From the IMG/VR virus record IMGVR_UViG_3300027741_000020: 64,000 nt of DNA; one strand, given 5' to 3'. Positions 1 through 8,735 of this stretch are shown in pieces. The stretch is from a virus. The translations under genes and the position numbers were made by a program. Positions within the stretch are counted from its first letter, which is position 1; each line of letters opens with the position of its first letter. The notes beneath the pieces are model-generated. The model saw only the letters and a program-made list of their open reading frames with translations. It was not told the origin of the DNA and ran no database searches.

Positions 1-1
1 A

Positions 2-67
2 CTAATGTTACACAAATGTATTGAATATAAAGGTGAAGCTATCGCCAAAATGAACGGAATTATTTAA
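2..67 (+). CDS. C-terminal fragment of an upstream ORF (unknown)
   Basis: Frame 2 is open from the window edge (LMLHKCIEYKGEAIAKMNGII*) and is followed directly by a terminator hairpin. Confidence 0.35.
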   Translation, partial: LMLHKCIEYKGEAIAKMNGII

Positions 68-70
68 TTT

Positions 71-98
71 AATGGGAGAAGTAGTTTCTCCCATTTTT
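71..98 (+). terminator. Intrinsic terminator-like hairpin
   Basis: aatgggagaa (71-80) / ttctcccatt (86-95), perfect 10-bp stem, 5-nt loop, T-run after. Confidence 0.7.
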
Positions 99-125
99 AT
101 GCTTACTATAAACCAAAAAAAAAAA

Positions 126-947
126 ATGAAAAACACACAAGTTTACAACGAATTAGTACAAAAGATGCGAGGATTTTTCCTAAACAAAGGATTTATTGAA
201 GTCCCAACACAATCAAGATTATCTATCTTAGCAGCCTGCGAAAATCCGCATTCGGTTGCAACTTTCAACTACAATGGCGAAGTATGGCCGTTACCACAAA
301 CCGGACAAATGTGGTTAGAATATGAATTATTAAAGAATCCAACTTGGCCTGGAGTATTTTGTATCTCCACATCGTATCGTCAAGAAAAAAACCCAATAGA
401 GGGTAGGCATGAGTCAATCTTTCCTATGTTTGAGTTTGAAAGTAAAGGTGATATGATTCAAATGGAAAGTTTAGAAGCTGAATTATTGGCTCATTTGGGA
501 TTTGATAAACCAGTTGCGGTCGATTATGATAGTATGTGTGGTAAGTATGGTACTGAAATTTTAGAAGATGAACACGAAAATAAAATGTGGAATGAAATTG
601 GCAGTGTTATATCATTGCAAAACTTTCCATTAAGAACTTCTCCATTTTGGAATATGAAAAATCAAGGATTTGGTATCTTTAATAAAATAGATGTTATACT
701 ATACGGTCAGGAAACTATTGGTAGTGCTGAGCGCAGTTGTAATGTGGAAGAAATGCGTGATACATTCTATACAATTTCTGAAGGTGGGTATGCTGCGAAA
801 CTATTTGAATTGTTTGGTAAAGAAAGAGTTGAAAAGGAGTTAGAAGAATTTTTATCTTTTGAATTTTTCCCAAGATTTGGTGGTGGTATCGGTATGACTC
901 GTTTGGCAAGAGCATACATATTAAGAGAGCAGGAGATATTCGTATAA
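126..947 (+). CDS. Class II aminoacyl-tRNA-synthetase catalytic-domain-only protein (AsnRS/AspRS/LysRS-like; asparagine-synthetase- or EpmA-like)
   Basis: Motif 1 RGFFLNKGFIEVPT, motif 2 SYRQEK...GRH...FPMFEFE, motif 3 RFGGGIGMTRL; no N-terminal anticodon OB-fold. Start moved from 72 (inside the terminator) to ATG 126 after an A-rich leader. Confidence 0.8.
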   Translation: MKNTQVYNELVQKMRGFFLNKGFIEVPTQSRLSILAACENPHSVATFNYNGEVWPLPQTGQMWLEYELLKNPTWPGVFCISTSYRQEKNPIEGRHESIFPMFEFESKGDMIQMESLEAELLAHLGFDKPVAVDYDSMCGKYGTEILEDEHENKMWNEIGSVISLQNFPLRTSPFWNMKNQGFGIFNKIDVILYGQETIGSAERSCNVEEMRDTFYTISEGGYAAKLFELFGKERVEKELEEFLSFEFFPRFGGGIGMTRLARAYILREQEIFV

Positions 948-980
948 ATAATTAATCTAAAATGTTGCTTGTTTACATAA

Positions 981-1012
981 TTTGGTAATATCAGGAATTT
1001 TTCGTATATTTG
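981..1012 (+). promoter_or_regulatory. Bacteroidota-type housekeeping promoter (-33 TTTG / -7 TAnnTTTG)
   Basis: TTTG 981-984, 20-nt spacer, TATATTTG 1005-1012, 17 nt before ATG 1030. Confidence 0.75.
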
Positions 1013-1029
1013 AGTATAAAACATAATAT

Positions 1030-1680
1030 ATGAAACAAAAATCAGAAGTAGAACTAAGGCAGAATTATGAAAAATTTATTCAAATCATAAAGAAATACTT
1101 TACAGGTGAAAGACTTGAAAAGTTATTGAATATGTATTCTGAAAAGGAATTGGCTGGTAATTTAACTATATCCCCTGCGAGCGGTAATGGTGGTTATCAT
1201 AATTGTTATCCTGGTGGTTATATAGACCATATCTTCAATGTATGTAAGAATGCAATGAAGGTAAAGACAATGTTTGTAGAAATGGGTGGCAAGCCGGATT
1301 TTACAGATGAAGAACTTATATTTTGTGCGCTACACCACGATTTAGGAAAGCTTGGTACAAAAGAAAATATGCACTATATTCCAAATGATTCCGATTGGCA
1401 TATAAAAAACAAAGGCGATTTCTATAAAAGAAATGCCAACGATTGCTATATGACACTTACCGATAGAACATTCTTTACCTTGCAAGATTATGGTATTCGT
1501 ATTAGTGAAGCTGAATATTTTGGTATTAAGCTGACAGATGGCATGTATGATGAAGATAATATCAAATACTTAAAGGTATTCGATGTTTCCAAAAGAATGC
1601 GTTTCAAAATTCCATATGTATTACATTGGGCAGACCATATGAGTACCGTAATCGAGTCGCAAGAAAATACCATTAAATAA
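1030..1680 (+). CDS. HD-domain phosphohydrolase, YhaM/CBF1-like HD without OB-fold
   Basis: PASG...YHNCYPGGYIDH, LHHDLGK and LHWADHMS metal-binding motifs. Confidence 0.8.
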   Translation: MKQKSEVELRQNYEKFIQIIKKYFTGERLEKLLNMYSEKELAGNLTISPASGNGGYHNCYPGGYIDHIFNVCKNAMKVKTMFVEMGGKPDFTDEELIFCALHHDLGKLGTKENMHYIPNDSDWHIKNKGDFYKRNANDCYMTLTDRTFFTLQDYGIRISEAEYFGIKLTDGMYDEDNIKYLKVFDVSKRMRFKIPYVLHWADHMSTVIESQENTIK

Positions 1681-1696
1681 CAATAAAATATATAAG

Positions 1697-1737
1697 TGAC
1701 AATTTGTCATTTAGTTATAAGGTGGTACGCATATTGA
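1697..1737 (+). promoter_or_regulatory. Palindrome plus sigma54-like -24/-12 element upstream of Hsp20
   Basis: TGACAA-T-TTGTCA 1697-1709; TGGTACG-N4-TTGA 1723-1737 (GG-N10-GA; canonical is GG-N10-GC). Confidence 0.45.
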
Positions 1738-1784
1738 AGTATATACGAACAATTATTTATTTAAAAACAAAAAAAAAATTATTT

Positions 1785-2162
1785 ATGAAAAATTATTTAG
1801 ATTACGAATTGAGAAGACTTATTGCGGACGTGTGGGCAGATGATACCACTACAATAAGTGGATTACAAACTGGTAATACATCGGAAGCAAATGGTAGAGT
1901 TGAGTTTGCAATACCGGTATTAGGACACGACCCAAAAAATGTAGAGGTTAGTATTACAGAGGGTTCAATTAAAATTACAGCATTAAAAGGAGATGTTAAA
2001 GGTGTATTAAATTATTTCTGTTCGGATATATCTGAAACCATTACATTACCAAAGAATTTAGATGGCCTTACTAGTAAAGCGGAGATTAAAAACGGCATAC
2101 TTCTTATAACGATTGATAAAAAAGAAGAACATAAGCCAAAAAAATTATTAGTTAAATTTTAA
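1785..2162 (+). CDS. hsp20: Small heat-shock protein (Hsp20/alpha-crystallin)
   Basis: EFAIPVLGHDPKNVEVSI, ITLPKNLD...KAEIKNGILLITIDK alpha-crystallin pattern; start moved to ATG 1785 (MKNYLD). Confidence 0.85.
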   Translation: MKNYLDYELRRLIADVWADDTTTISGLQTGNTSEANGRVEFAIPVLGHDPKNVEVSITEGSIKITALKGDVKGVLNYFCSDISETITLPKNLDGLTSKAEIKNGILLITIDKKEEHKPKKLLVKF

Positions 2163-2192
2163 TTTTATACAATCGGTTATTTTCATTACACT

Positions 2193-2223
2193 AAAGGATA
2201 GAGATACAATCTATCCTTTTTTT
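2193..2223 (+). terminator. Intrinsic terminator
   Basis: aaaggataga (2193-2202) / tctatccttt (2210-2219) stem followed by T-run. Confidence 0.75.
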
Positions 2224-2245
2224 ATTATTTAAACTATTTATTATT

Positions 2246-2422
2246 ATGATATACAAAAGCAAAGTACAAGGGTTATTAGAATCTTTAGAAGCAAAATTAA
2301 GATTAATTGAGAACATATCTACCGGTGCTATGAAGATGGATGCGGTTCAAGTTAATCAAACTATACAACAAGCGAAAGCAATTACCGAACATATTATAGA
2401 ATTAGTGAATATAGAAAGATAG
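2246..2422 (+). CDS. Small hypothetical protein (58 aa), below the ORF-track cutoff
   Basis: MIYKSKVQGLLESLEAKLRLIENISTGAMKMDAVQVNQTIQQAKAITEHIIELVNIER*; preceded by TATTTAT, abuts the next ATG at 2424. Confidence 0.7.
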   Translation: MIYKSKVQGLLESLEAKLRLIENISTGAMKMDAVQVNQTIQQAKAITEHIIELVNIER

Positions 2423-2423
2423 T

Positions 2424-3406
2424 ATGAATTGGCTTAAATATTTAGTGGGGTTAGCAGCTCTAGCTATAGCCGGTTGCGCAGCTTATTTCTCCGTAACCGG
2501 CTTAGGTGTGCTATTTAGTGGAGCAACATATGCTGTTATGGAATGGCAGCAACATTGGAGTTTGCAAAGTTAGTTACAGCAACGTATTTAAAGCAAACGT
2601 GGGATACTATAAAGGGATTTAATAAGGTATATCTAACAATTGCCGTTGGTATTCTGATGCTGATTACATCCGCTGGTATTTTTGGTTACCTTTCTAATGC
2701 ATTTCAACAACAAAATATAAAATTAGATCAGGTTCAAAGAGAAATATCCGTTTGGTCTAATAAAATTCAACAAAATACAACACAAATTAATCAAATATCC
2801 AATCAAATCACTCAATTTAATTCAAATCAAGGTAAAATTATTGGAGTTGGTAATGTAAATAATAGAATTTTAAAGAGTATAGATAGTCGAGATATTCAAA
2901 TTAGTAAATTGCAAGATAAAATTAATACTTTACAAGATAGCTCTGTGCGATATAATGAAAAAATCAATGAAATTAAGAATAATAATATAAATTTGGAAAA
3001 AGAAATAGGTGGATTTAGGTTTGTAGCTGATGCATTTGGGTTGCAACTTAATACCGTAGTAAAATTTTTCATATTTTTAATAGTATTTGTATTTGATCCA
3101 CTTGCAATTGCTCTAATTATAGCATTTAATGGACTTTTAATCAAAAAAAATGATAAAATTGTAGAATATAATAATGATTCCGATAAAAGTTATGAAATAT
3201 ATGGTGAAAAAACGCCAATAGTTGATACTACCATTGAAGTACCCAACGATGTTGGAAAAATCCACCAAAAACCCCTAAAAACACCTATTGTGGTGGAAAA
3301 AACCACCATCACAGAACCCGAAATTGAGTTTATACCTAATCCAGATGAGTTGCAAAGACCTTATACAACAAGGTATCCATCGAATTTTGACTCAAAAACA
3401 TATTAA
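2424..3406 (+). pseudogene. Multi-TM membrane protein with coiled-coil loop, split by a 1-nt frameshift near 2541
   Basis: 2424-2540 encodes two hydrophobic helices (MNWLKYLVGLAALAIAGCAAYFSVTGLGVLFSGATYAVM); the frame then runs to TAG 2571-2573, while the 2543 ORF (MAATLEFAKLV...) continues the same kind of protein in the -1 frame. Confidence 0.6.
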
Positions 3407-3438
3407 TTTGGTAAAACCAATAATTTTTCGTATATTTG
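3407..3438 (+). promoter_or_regulatory. Bacteroidota-type housekeeping promoter
   Basis: TTTG 3407-3410, 20-nt spacer, TATATTTG 3431-3438; 28 nt identical to the promoter at 996-1023. Confidence 0.75.
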
Positions 3439-3455
3439 AGTATAAAACACAATAT

Positions 3456-4346
3456 ATGAATATAGGATACGCTTGTATTAATATGACACTTGGTAAAAAA
3501 ATTACTACCAATCGTTCAATGGTTAAAAGAACATTCAATGCTAGAGGATTGGATTATGTTTCTGAATTGACTCTACTGAATGCGAAGGATATTATTAAAA
3601 TACTAAAGTGGAATAAATCGCATAATATAAATTTCTTTAGATTATCTTCCGCAATCGTTCCGTGGGGTGACCATTTAGACCTTACACAATTAAAAGATTA
3701 CAAACAAATCAAATCAGCACTTAAAGAAGCAGGAGATTACGCTAAGGCCAATGGTATTCGTATTACTTCGCATCCAGGTCCGTTTGTTGTATTAACTTCG
3801 CCAAAAGAAAATGTAGTTATTAACTCAATAGCTGATTTAGAATTGCATGGTAAGATATTTGATATGATGGGATTGGAGAAATCGCCTTACAATAAGATTA
3901 ATATTCATTGTAACGGAGTTTATGGGGATAAGCAAACTGCTATGGATAGATTTTGTGAGAACTTCGGAAAGCTCTCTAAATCGGTTCAAAGCAGGCTTAC
4001 AGTTGAGAACGATGATAAGGTATCAATGTATTCGGTAAAGGATTTGATGTATGTTCACAATAAAATAGGTATTCCTATCGTTTTTGATTATCATCACCAC
4101 ACATTTTGTACCGGCGATTTGAGTGAGGAAGAAGCAGTTAAACTAGCAGCTTCGACTTGGCCAATGAATATCACACCGGTCGTACATTATTCCGAATCAA
4201 AGGCATTACATGAAAACAATACTAAAATTAAACCCCAAGCGCATGCAGATTACATCAACAATCTACCAAATAAATACGAATTGGATTTAGATATTATGGT
4301 TGAAGCAAAGGCAAAAGAATTGGCAATATTACCATTTTTAAATTAA
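3456..4346 (+). CDS. uvsE: UV-damage endonuclease (UvsE/UVDE)
   Basis: MNIGYACIN, FFRLSS, RITSHPG, INIHCNG, RLTVENDD, VFDYHHH, VHYSES, AHADYI, MVEAKAKELA; start moved to ATG 3456 downstream of the promoter. Confidence 0.95.
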   Translation: MNIGYACINMTLGKKITTNRSMVKRTFNARGLDYVSELTLLNAKDIIKILKWNKSHNINFFRLSSAIVPWGDHLDLTQLKDYKQIKSALKEAGDYAKANGIRITSHPGPFVVLTSPKENVVINSIADLELHGKIFDMMGLEKSPYNKINIHCNGVYGDKQTAMDRFCENFGKLSKSVQSRLTVENDDKVSMYSVKDLMYVHNKIGIPIVFDYHHHTFCTGDLSEEEAVKLAASTWPMNITPVVHYSESKALHENNTKIKPQAHADYINNLPNKYELDLDIMVEAKAKELAILPFLN

Positions 4347-4351
4347 AACAA

Positions 4352-4981
4352 ATGAAATTAATTACAGACAAATTAAGTAACGGAATTACTAATCCGCAAT
4401 TTACAAAACATTTAAAAACACCCGTACTAAAAAGTGAGTTTACACAAACAGAGGCCGATGAAATTAGGGCCACACTAGAAGCTGCGTTGATTGAGTATCC
4501 TGGATTAGGATTATCAGCAACTCAATTGGGTATAGATAAAAGAGCATGCATTATAAATGTAGATGGTGAATCTATATTTTTATTGAACCCAGTTATTGTA
4601 GAAAGAGATAAGGAAGGTTTCCTATTTTACGAAGGGTGTCTATCTATTCCAAAAACATTAACCAACCCAATTAAAACCATTCGTTCTTGTAAAGTTAAAG
4701 TGCAAACTGATAATTTAGGTGAATTGATTTTTGAAATAAATCCAGATGGCGATAAAGATAGAGTATCTACTGAAACATTACAAACTTTAGTTGTGCAGCA
4801 TGAGATAGACCATTTAGATGGACTAACGATTAGGGATAGAGCATATTCTACAACCATTAAAAACTCCACATCATTTGGACGTAACGAAAAAATTATGATG
4901 AAATCACCCGATGGTGAATTTGTAGAAGTTAAACACAAAAAAGCAAATTCATTTTTCTTAAAAGGATATGAAATAGTTTAA
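4352..4981 (+). CDS. def: Peptide deformylase with C-terminal extension
   Basis: GLGLSATQLG, EGCLS and QHEIDHLDG signature motifs. Confidence 0.95.
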   Translation: MKLITDKLSNGITNPQFTKHLKTPVLKSEFTQTEADEIRATLEAALIEYPGLGLSATQLGIDKRACIINVDGESIFLLNPVIVERDKEGFLFYEGCLSIPKTLTNPIKTIRSCKVKVQTDNLGELIFEINPDGDKDRVSTETLQTLVVQHEIDHLDGLTIRDRAYSTTIKNSTSFGRNEKIMMKSPDGEFVEVKHKKANSFFLKGYEIV

Positions 4982-4983
4982 TT

Positions 4984-5262
4984 ATGATAGCAGTAACAAT
5001 AACATTATTATCCTTAACAGTGGTAGCATTAGGATATACAACTTGGAATTTATTACAAAAGTTGGAAGTATACGAAAGACTTTTTGAAGAAAGCGATACA
5101 TTTATAAATCAGGAGTTAGAAAGAAATGAAGCATTATTGATGGCTCTAAAAAATATAGATGATAAACAAATGTTTGAAAAGGATGATGAGGTTGGTTCTA
5201 TATTTTCTCTAATAAAAGAAACAATAGAAAGATTTAAACAAAAAATTGAAGCAGATGCCTAA
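4984..5262 (+). CDS. Hypothetical protein with N-terminal TM helix
   Basis: Hydrophobic N-terminus followed by an acidic helical region; tight gene packing. Confidence 0.7.
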   Translation: MIAVTITLLSLTVVALGYTTWNLLQKLEVYERLFEESDTFINQELERNEALLMALKNIDDKQMFEKDDEVGSIFSLIKETIERFKQKIEADA

Positions 5263-5944
5263 GAAAAAAAACTCAAAACAGTACTTTACAAAAGACACAG
5301 AAGATGCTATCATTGAATATAATAGTATATCAGATAGACTATTAAAAGATAAAATTTATAAAGAACGAATAAAGCCGGCTTTTGATAAGCTGGCTGAAAT
5401 CGTTTATAATAAATGGAAATTTACATACTTCGATGATGGTCCGCAAGATGTAATGGCTGAAGTAGTTGCGTTTATGATAGAGAAGATTCATATGTATAAA
5501 AATGGTAAAGGAAAGGCATTTTCGTACTTTACCATTGTAGCTAGGAATTACCTCATATTAAATAATAACGCTAACTATAAGCGTTATAAGGATACAGACG
5601 TTATGTCCTGTTTGCCGGAGAGTTGGGATACAGAAAATAACTTTAGAGAGGAAATTCATAACGATGAGTATCGTACGTTTAATAAACGAATGCTATTGTA
5701 TTGGGATAAACATTTAGAGGAGTTTTTTCCTAAAAAACGTGATATGCAAATAGCCGATGCGGTATTGGAATTATTCCGTAGAGCAGAATATATAGAAAAC
5801 TTTAATAAAAAAGGATTGTATCTTCTTATTAGAGAAATGACGGGATATCCCACACATTATATTACAAAGGTTGTGAATAAAATGAAAGATAAACAAATGG
5901 AGCTATATAATGAATACGACAGAGTAGGCGATATTGTGATATAA
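5255..5944 (+). CDS. gp55: T4 gp55-like late sigma factor
   Basis: QYFTKDTEDAIIEYN...AFDKLAE...KGKAFSYFTIVARNYL resembles the gp55 region-2 pattern (NPFAYFTQI); ATG 5255 preferred to TTG 5246. Confidence 0.7.
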   Translation: MPKKKNSKQYFTKDTEDAIIEYNSISDRLLKDKIYKERIKPAFDKLAEIVYNKWKFTYFDDGPQDVMAEVVAFMIEKIHMYKNGKGKAFSYFTIVARNYLILNNNANYKRYKDTDVMSCLPESWDTENNFREEIHNDEYRTFNKRMLLYWDKHLEEFFPKKRDMQIADAVLELFRRAEYIENFNKKGLYLLIREMTGYPTHYITKVVNKMKDKQMELYNEYDRVGDIVI

Positions 5945-5985
5945 ATTTCATTATAGTATAATTATTATAAAACAATAGTATATTT

Positions 5986-6390
5986 ATGGGGTCTGAATTT
6001 CAACTATTTGATGGTAAAAATTTATCATCATTATTTAAAGATATATACGATAATCAGCTTAATAAAAAGAAAAATATTTCCGAGCTGATAGAATCTCTGC
6101 GTAAACTCATACGAAATGTAGGTGAAGCAACTGTTATAGCTCCTATCATTAAAGACCTAATTGAGGTATCAGTTAAGAACGATGACCATTTGATTAAACT
6201 TGCAACTATTGCGCAACGTCTTGCTGCAGCAGAAGCTAAAGGCATTGGTGAGGATGGTTGGTTGAGTGAGTCTGAAAAGAATCAGTTACTTATGGATATG
6301 GAAGATACAATAAACGCCGTTGAGGAGAAGAATAAAGAGAAATTAACCGATATTGAAATTGAATTAGAAGATATAAAAAAGAAACTATAA
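5986..6390 (+). CDS. Hypothetical helical protein
   Basis: 134-aa ORF, stop overlaps the next ATG. Confidence 0.75.
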   Translation: MGSEFQLFDGKNLSSLFKDIYDNQLNKKKNISELIESLRKLIRNVGEATVIAPIIKDLIEVSVKNDDHLIKLATIAQRLAAAEAKGIGEDGWLSESEKNQLLMDMEDTINAVEEKNKEKLTDIEIELEDIKKKL

Positions 6391-7637
6391 TGCCAAACGA
6401 AAATAATCAACTTTCATCTTTTGAAGTCTTTCTTGCTAAGGTTGTAAAAGTTTATATAAAATCGGAGGATTTTTTAGATTTAAAAACCGCAGACGATTAC
6501 GTTAAAATTTATAATAAAAATCAAAATTTTGATACTAAGGATACTCGTTTCTTAGGTGCAATTGAATTTGCTAGGCCTTCTACTAAAACGTTGGAAAACT
6601 ACGCATTTCCTTTTGATAAAAATAATATAACATATCCGATATCGGGTGAAACAGTTTTGATTATAAAATCTTCGGATGAATATTTCTGGTTACCCTATAC
6701 AATTACACAATATCCAAACTTTAGAGAAGATTATAAAACTACACAAGCGGGAGCAGGTGTAAAAGTACCCGATGATTCAACTCCAAAGAGTAAGGACTAT
6801 AAAGAAAATAAAGAAACAGGCACACCAAACGTATCAAATAAAAAAGATGAGTCTCAAAAAAACTTATACGAAGTAAAAGAAAAAATAAAATTTCTAAAAC
6901 CAAAACCAGGAGATACAATATTACAAGGTAGAGTCGGTAATACAATTAGATTCTCCGAATTTTTCCTAACAGAAGATGGTAAAACATCATCACCATCCAT
7001 CTTTATACGAAATAAGCAAAATAAAGAATTGGATGCCAATCCTATTGGTACACTAATTGACGAGGATATAAATAAAGATGGTTCATCAATCTACATTACA
7101 TCTACAAAAGTAAAAGTTCCATTTAAAGAAACTATTACAAAAGAAAAAATTGGATTTCAAAAATATCCAACTTCAAAAGATTTTAGTGGTGACCAAATTT
7201 TTATAAATTCGGATAGAATACTGATGTCAGCTAAAGCAAGTGAATTTATTATATTTGGTAAAGGTAATACGGGTGTTATTACTGATGGTCGATTCTCAAT
7301 TGATTCCAAAGATGAAATTTATATGCATGGTGAAAAGAATATTACAATACATTCAAAAGGTAGTAATAATATATTCTTAAATTCCGATAGTGGTGGTAAT
7401 GTTTATTTAGGTAAAAATACTGGAGCAGGCGATGATGGTTCGGATGTACAGCATATGGTATTAGGTGGTGAATTGGTTAAGATTTTAGGCGATTTAATTG
7501 ATGCTATTACGTTGCAAGTATATCTTACACCATGTGGGCCAAGTAAACCAGGTCCTTTGAATGAAGCATCTTTCAAATCTATAAAAAGTAAATTAAAGAC
7601 CTTATATTCGGCAAGAAACTTTTTATCAAAAAATTAA
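6390..7637 (+). CDS. Baseplate hub/spike protein, gp5/gpV-like
   Basis: DTILQGRVGNTIRFS, QIFINSDRILMSAK, beta-repeat C-terminus, VLGGELVKILGDLIDAI; sits just upstream of gp25/gp6. Confidence 0.6.
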   Translation: MPNENNQLSSFEVFLAKVVKVYIKSEDFLDLKTADDYVKIYNKNQNFDTKDTRFLGAIEFARPSTKTLENYAFPFDKNNITYPISGETVLIIKSSDEYFWLPYTITQYPNFREDYKTTQAGAGVKVPDDSTPKSKDYKENKETGTPNVSNKKDESQKNLYEVKEKIKFLKPKPGDTILQGRVGNTIRFSEFFLTEDGKTSSPSIFIRNKQNKELDANPIGTLIDEDINKDGSSIYITSTKVKVPFKETITKEKIGFQKYPTSKDFSGDQIFINSDRILMSAKASEFIIFGKGNTGVITDGRFSIDSKDEIYMHGEKNITIHSKGSNNIFLNSDSGGNVYLGKNTGAGDDGSDVQHMVLGGELVKILGDLIDAITLQVYLTPCGPSKPGPLNEASFKSIKSKLKTLYSARNFLSKN

Positions 7638-7638
7638 T

Positions 7639-8178
7639 ATGTCTTGGAGTTCGTTTAAAGCAGAGATGGCAGTGGCAATGGGTTCGTATGGTAGTATGAT
7701 TAATTTTGCTACTAAATTAACTAATGCGTACGATAATGCTGTTAAATCCGGTAAAACTATTATAACTGGTATTCCTTTACAAACTGGACAAAAAGAGGCA
7801 ATGAAATCTTTATTGATTACAGAGTTGACAATTCAGCAATTATCAAATTCAAAAACTCTTTTAGAAACATGTGGACCTGCCATTCAAGCGTATTGGACAG
7901 GGGCTACATTAATGCCAATGCCGCCTGGACTTCCGTGTGTAGGAACAATTACAAATATATCAGTAATAGTTGCACCCGTACTCAATCCAGGTGTGTGGAC
8001 GCCTATTCCAAGTCTACCGGTTCCCAATCTTAATATGTGGTTGGATGAATTTATTATTTGCGCAAAAATACACATGCTAACGGTATCCGGATTACATAAT
8101 TGTATATCGCTGTATCCTGGCGTACCACCTATTCCAGGTCCATGTACAATACCGTGGTCTGGATATAATGTATCCTAA
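7639..8178 (+). CDS. Pro-rich hypothetical protein, probably baseplate-associated
   Basis: 179-aa ORF inside the baseplate operon. Confidence 0.6.
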   Translation: MSWSSFKAEMAVAMGSYGSMINFATKLTNAYDNAVKSGKTIITGIPLQTGQKEAMKSLLITELTIQQLSNSKTLLETCGPAIQAYWTGATLMPMPPGLPCVGTITNISVIVAPVLNPGVWTPIPSLPVPNLNMWLDEFIICAKIHMLTVSGLHNCISLYPGVPPIPGPCTIPWSGYNVS

Positions 8179-8226
8179 TTAAATTTTAACTTTCAATATT
8201 TATTAATAATAACAATTACCAATTTT

Positions 8227-8730
8227 ATGAAATCAGATGTTTTAGTATCGCTTATTAGAGAAGTAGTAAAAAGCGAAGTAAAAAAACAAGTTAAAGAAGA
8301 AGTTATAAAACTGATTAAATCAGGTGACATATCCTTAAATACTAATAAAAAACCAGTTAGTAGGACACATAGTGCTTCTCCTTTAAAAGAAATACTTAAT
8401 ACTACTAAAAAAGAAATAGCTGTACAACCTAAACAAAAAGTACAAACTGTAAGAGAGTTTTCAAAAGACCCAATATTAAATGAAATATTAAATTCAACTA
8501 CACCATTTTCAGCTGCACAAAGAGCAGGTGAGGGCGCTGGTGGTAGTGTATTAGATATGATGCAGCCGCAAGTTAGTATGGAAGGCGAATGGGAAACAAT
8601 GGATTATAGAGAAATGGGCAATGCAATGCCGCGTCAATCATTGCCAATCGAATCAACCGGAGATGCATTGCAAGATGCTACAATGAAAGCTTTGACTCGT
8701 GATTATAGAGATTTAGTTAAAAGATTTTAA
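8227..8730 (+). CDS. Hypothetical protein
   Basis: 167-aa ORF preceded by TATTTAT. Confidence 0.7.
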   Translation: MKSDVLVSLIREVVKSEVKKQVKEEVIKLIKSGDISLNTNKKPVSRTHSASPLKEILNTTKKEIAVQPKQKVQTVREFSKDPILNEILNSTTPFSAAQRAGEGAGGSVLDMMQPQVSMEGEWETMDYREMGNAMPRQSLPIESTGDALQDATMKALTRDYRDLVKRF

Positions 8731-8735
8731 TAAAT

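Noticed and set aside
126-1680. Z-genome (PurZ/DatZ) or other base-substitution pathway
   Set aside because: The synthetase is class II aaRS-like, not PurA-like, and the HD protein resembles YhaM-type rather than DatZ.
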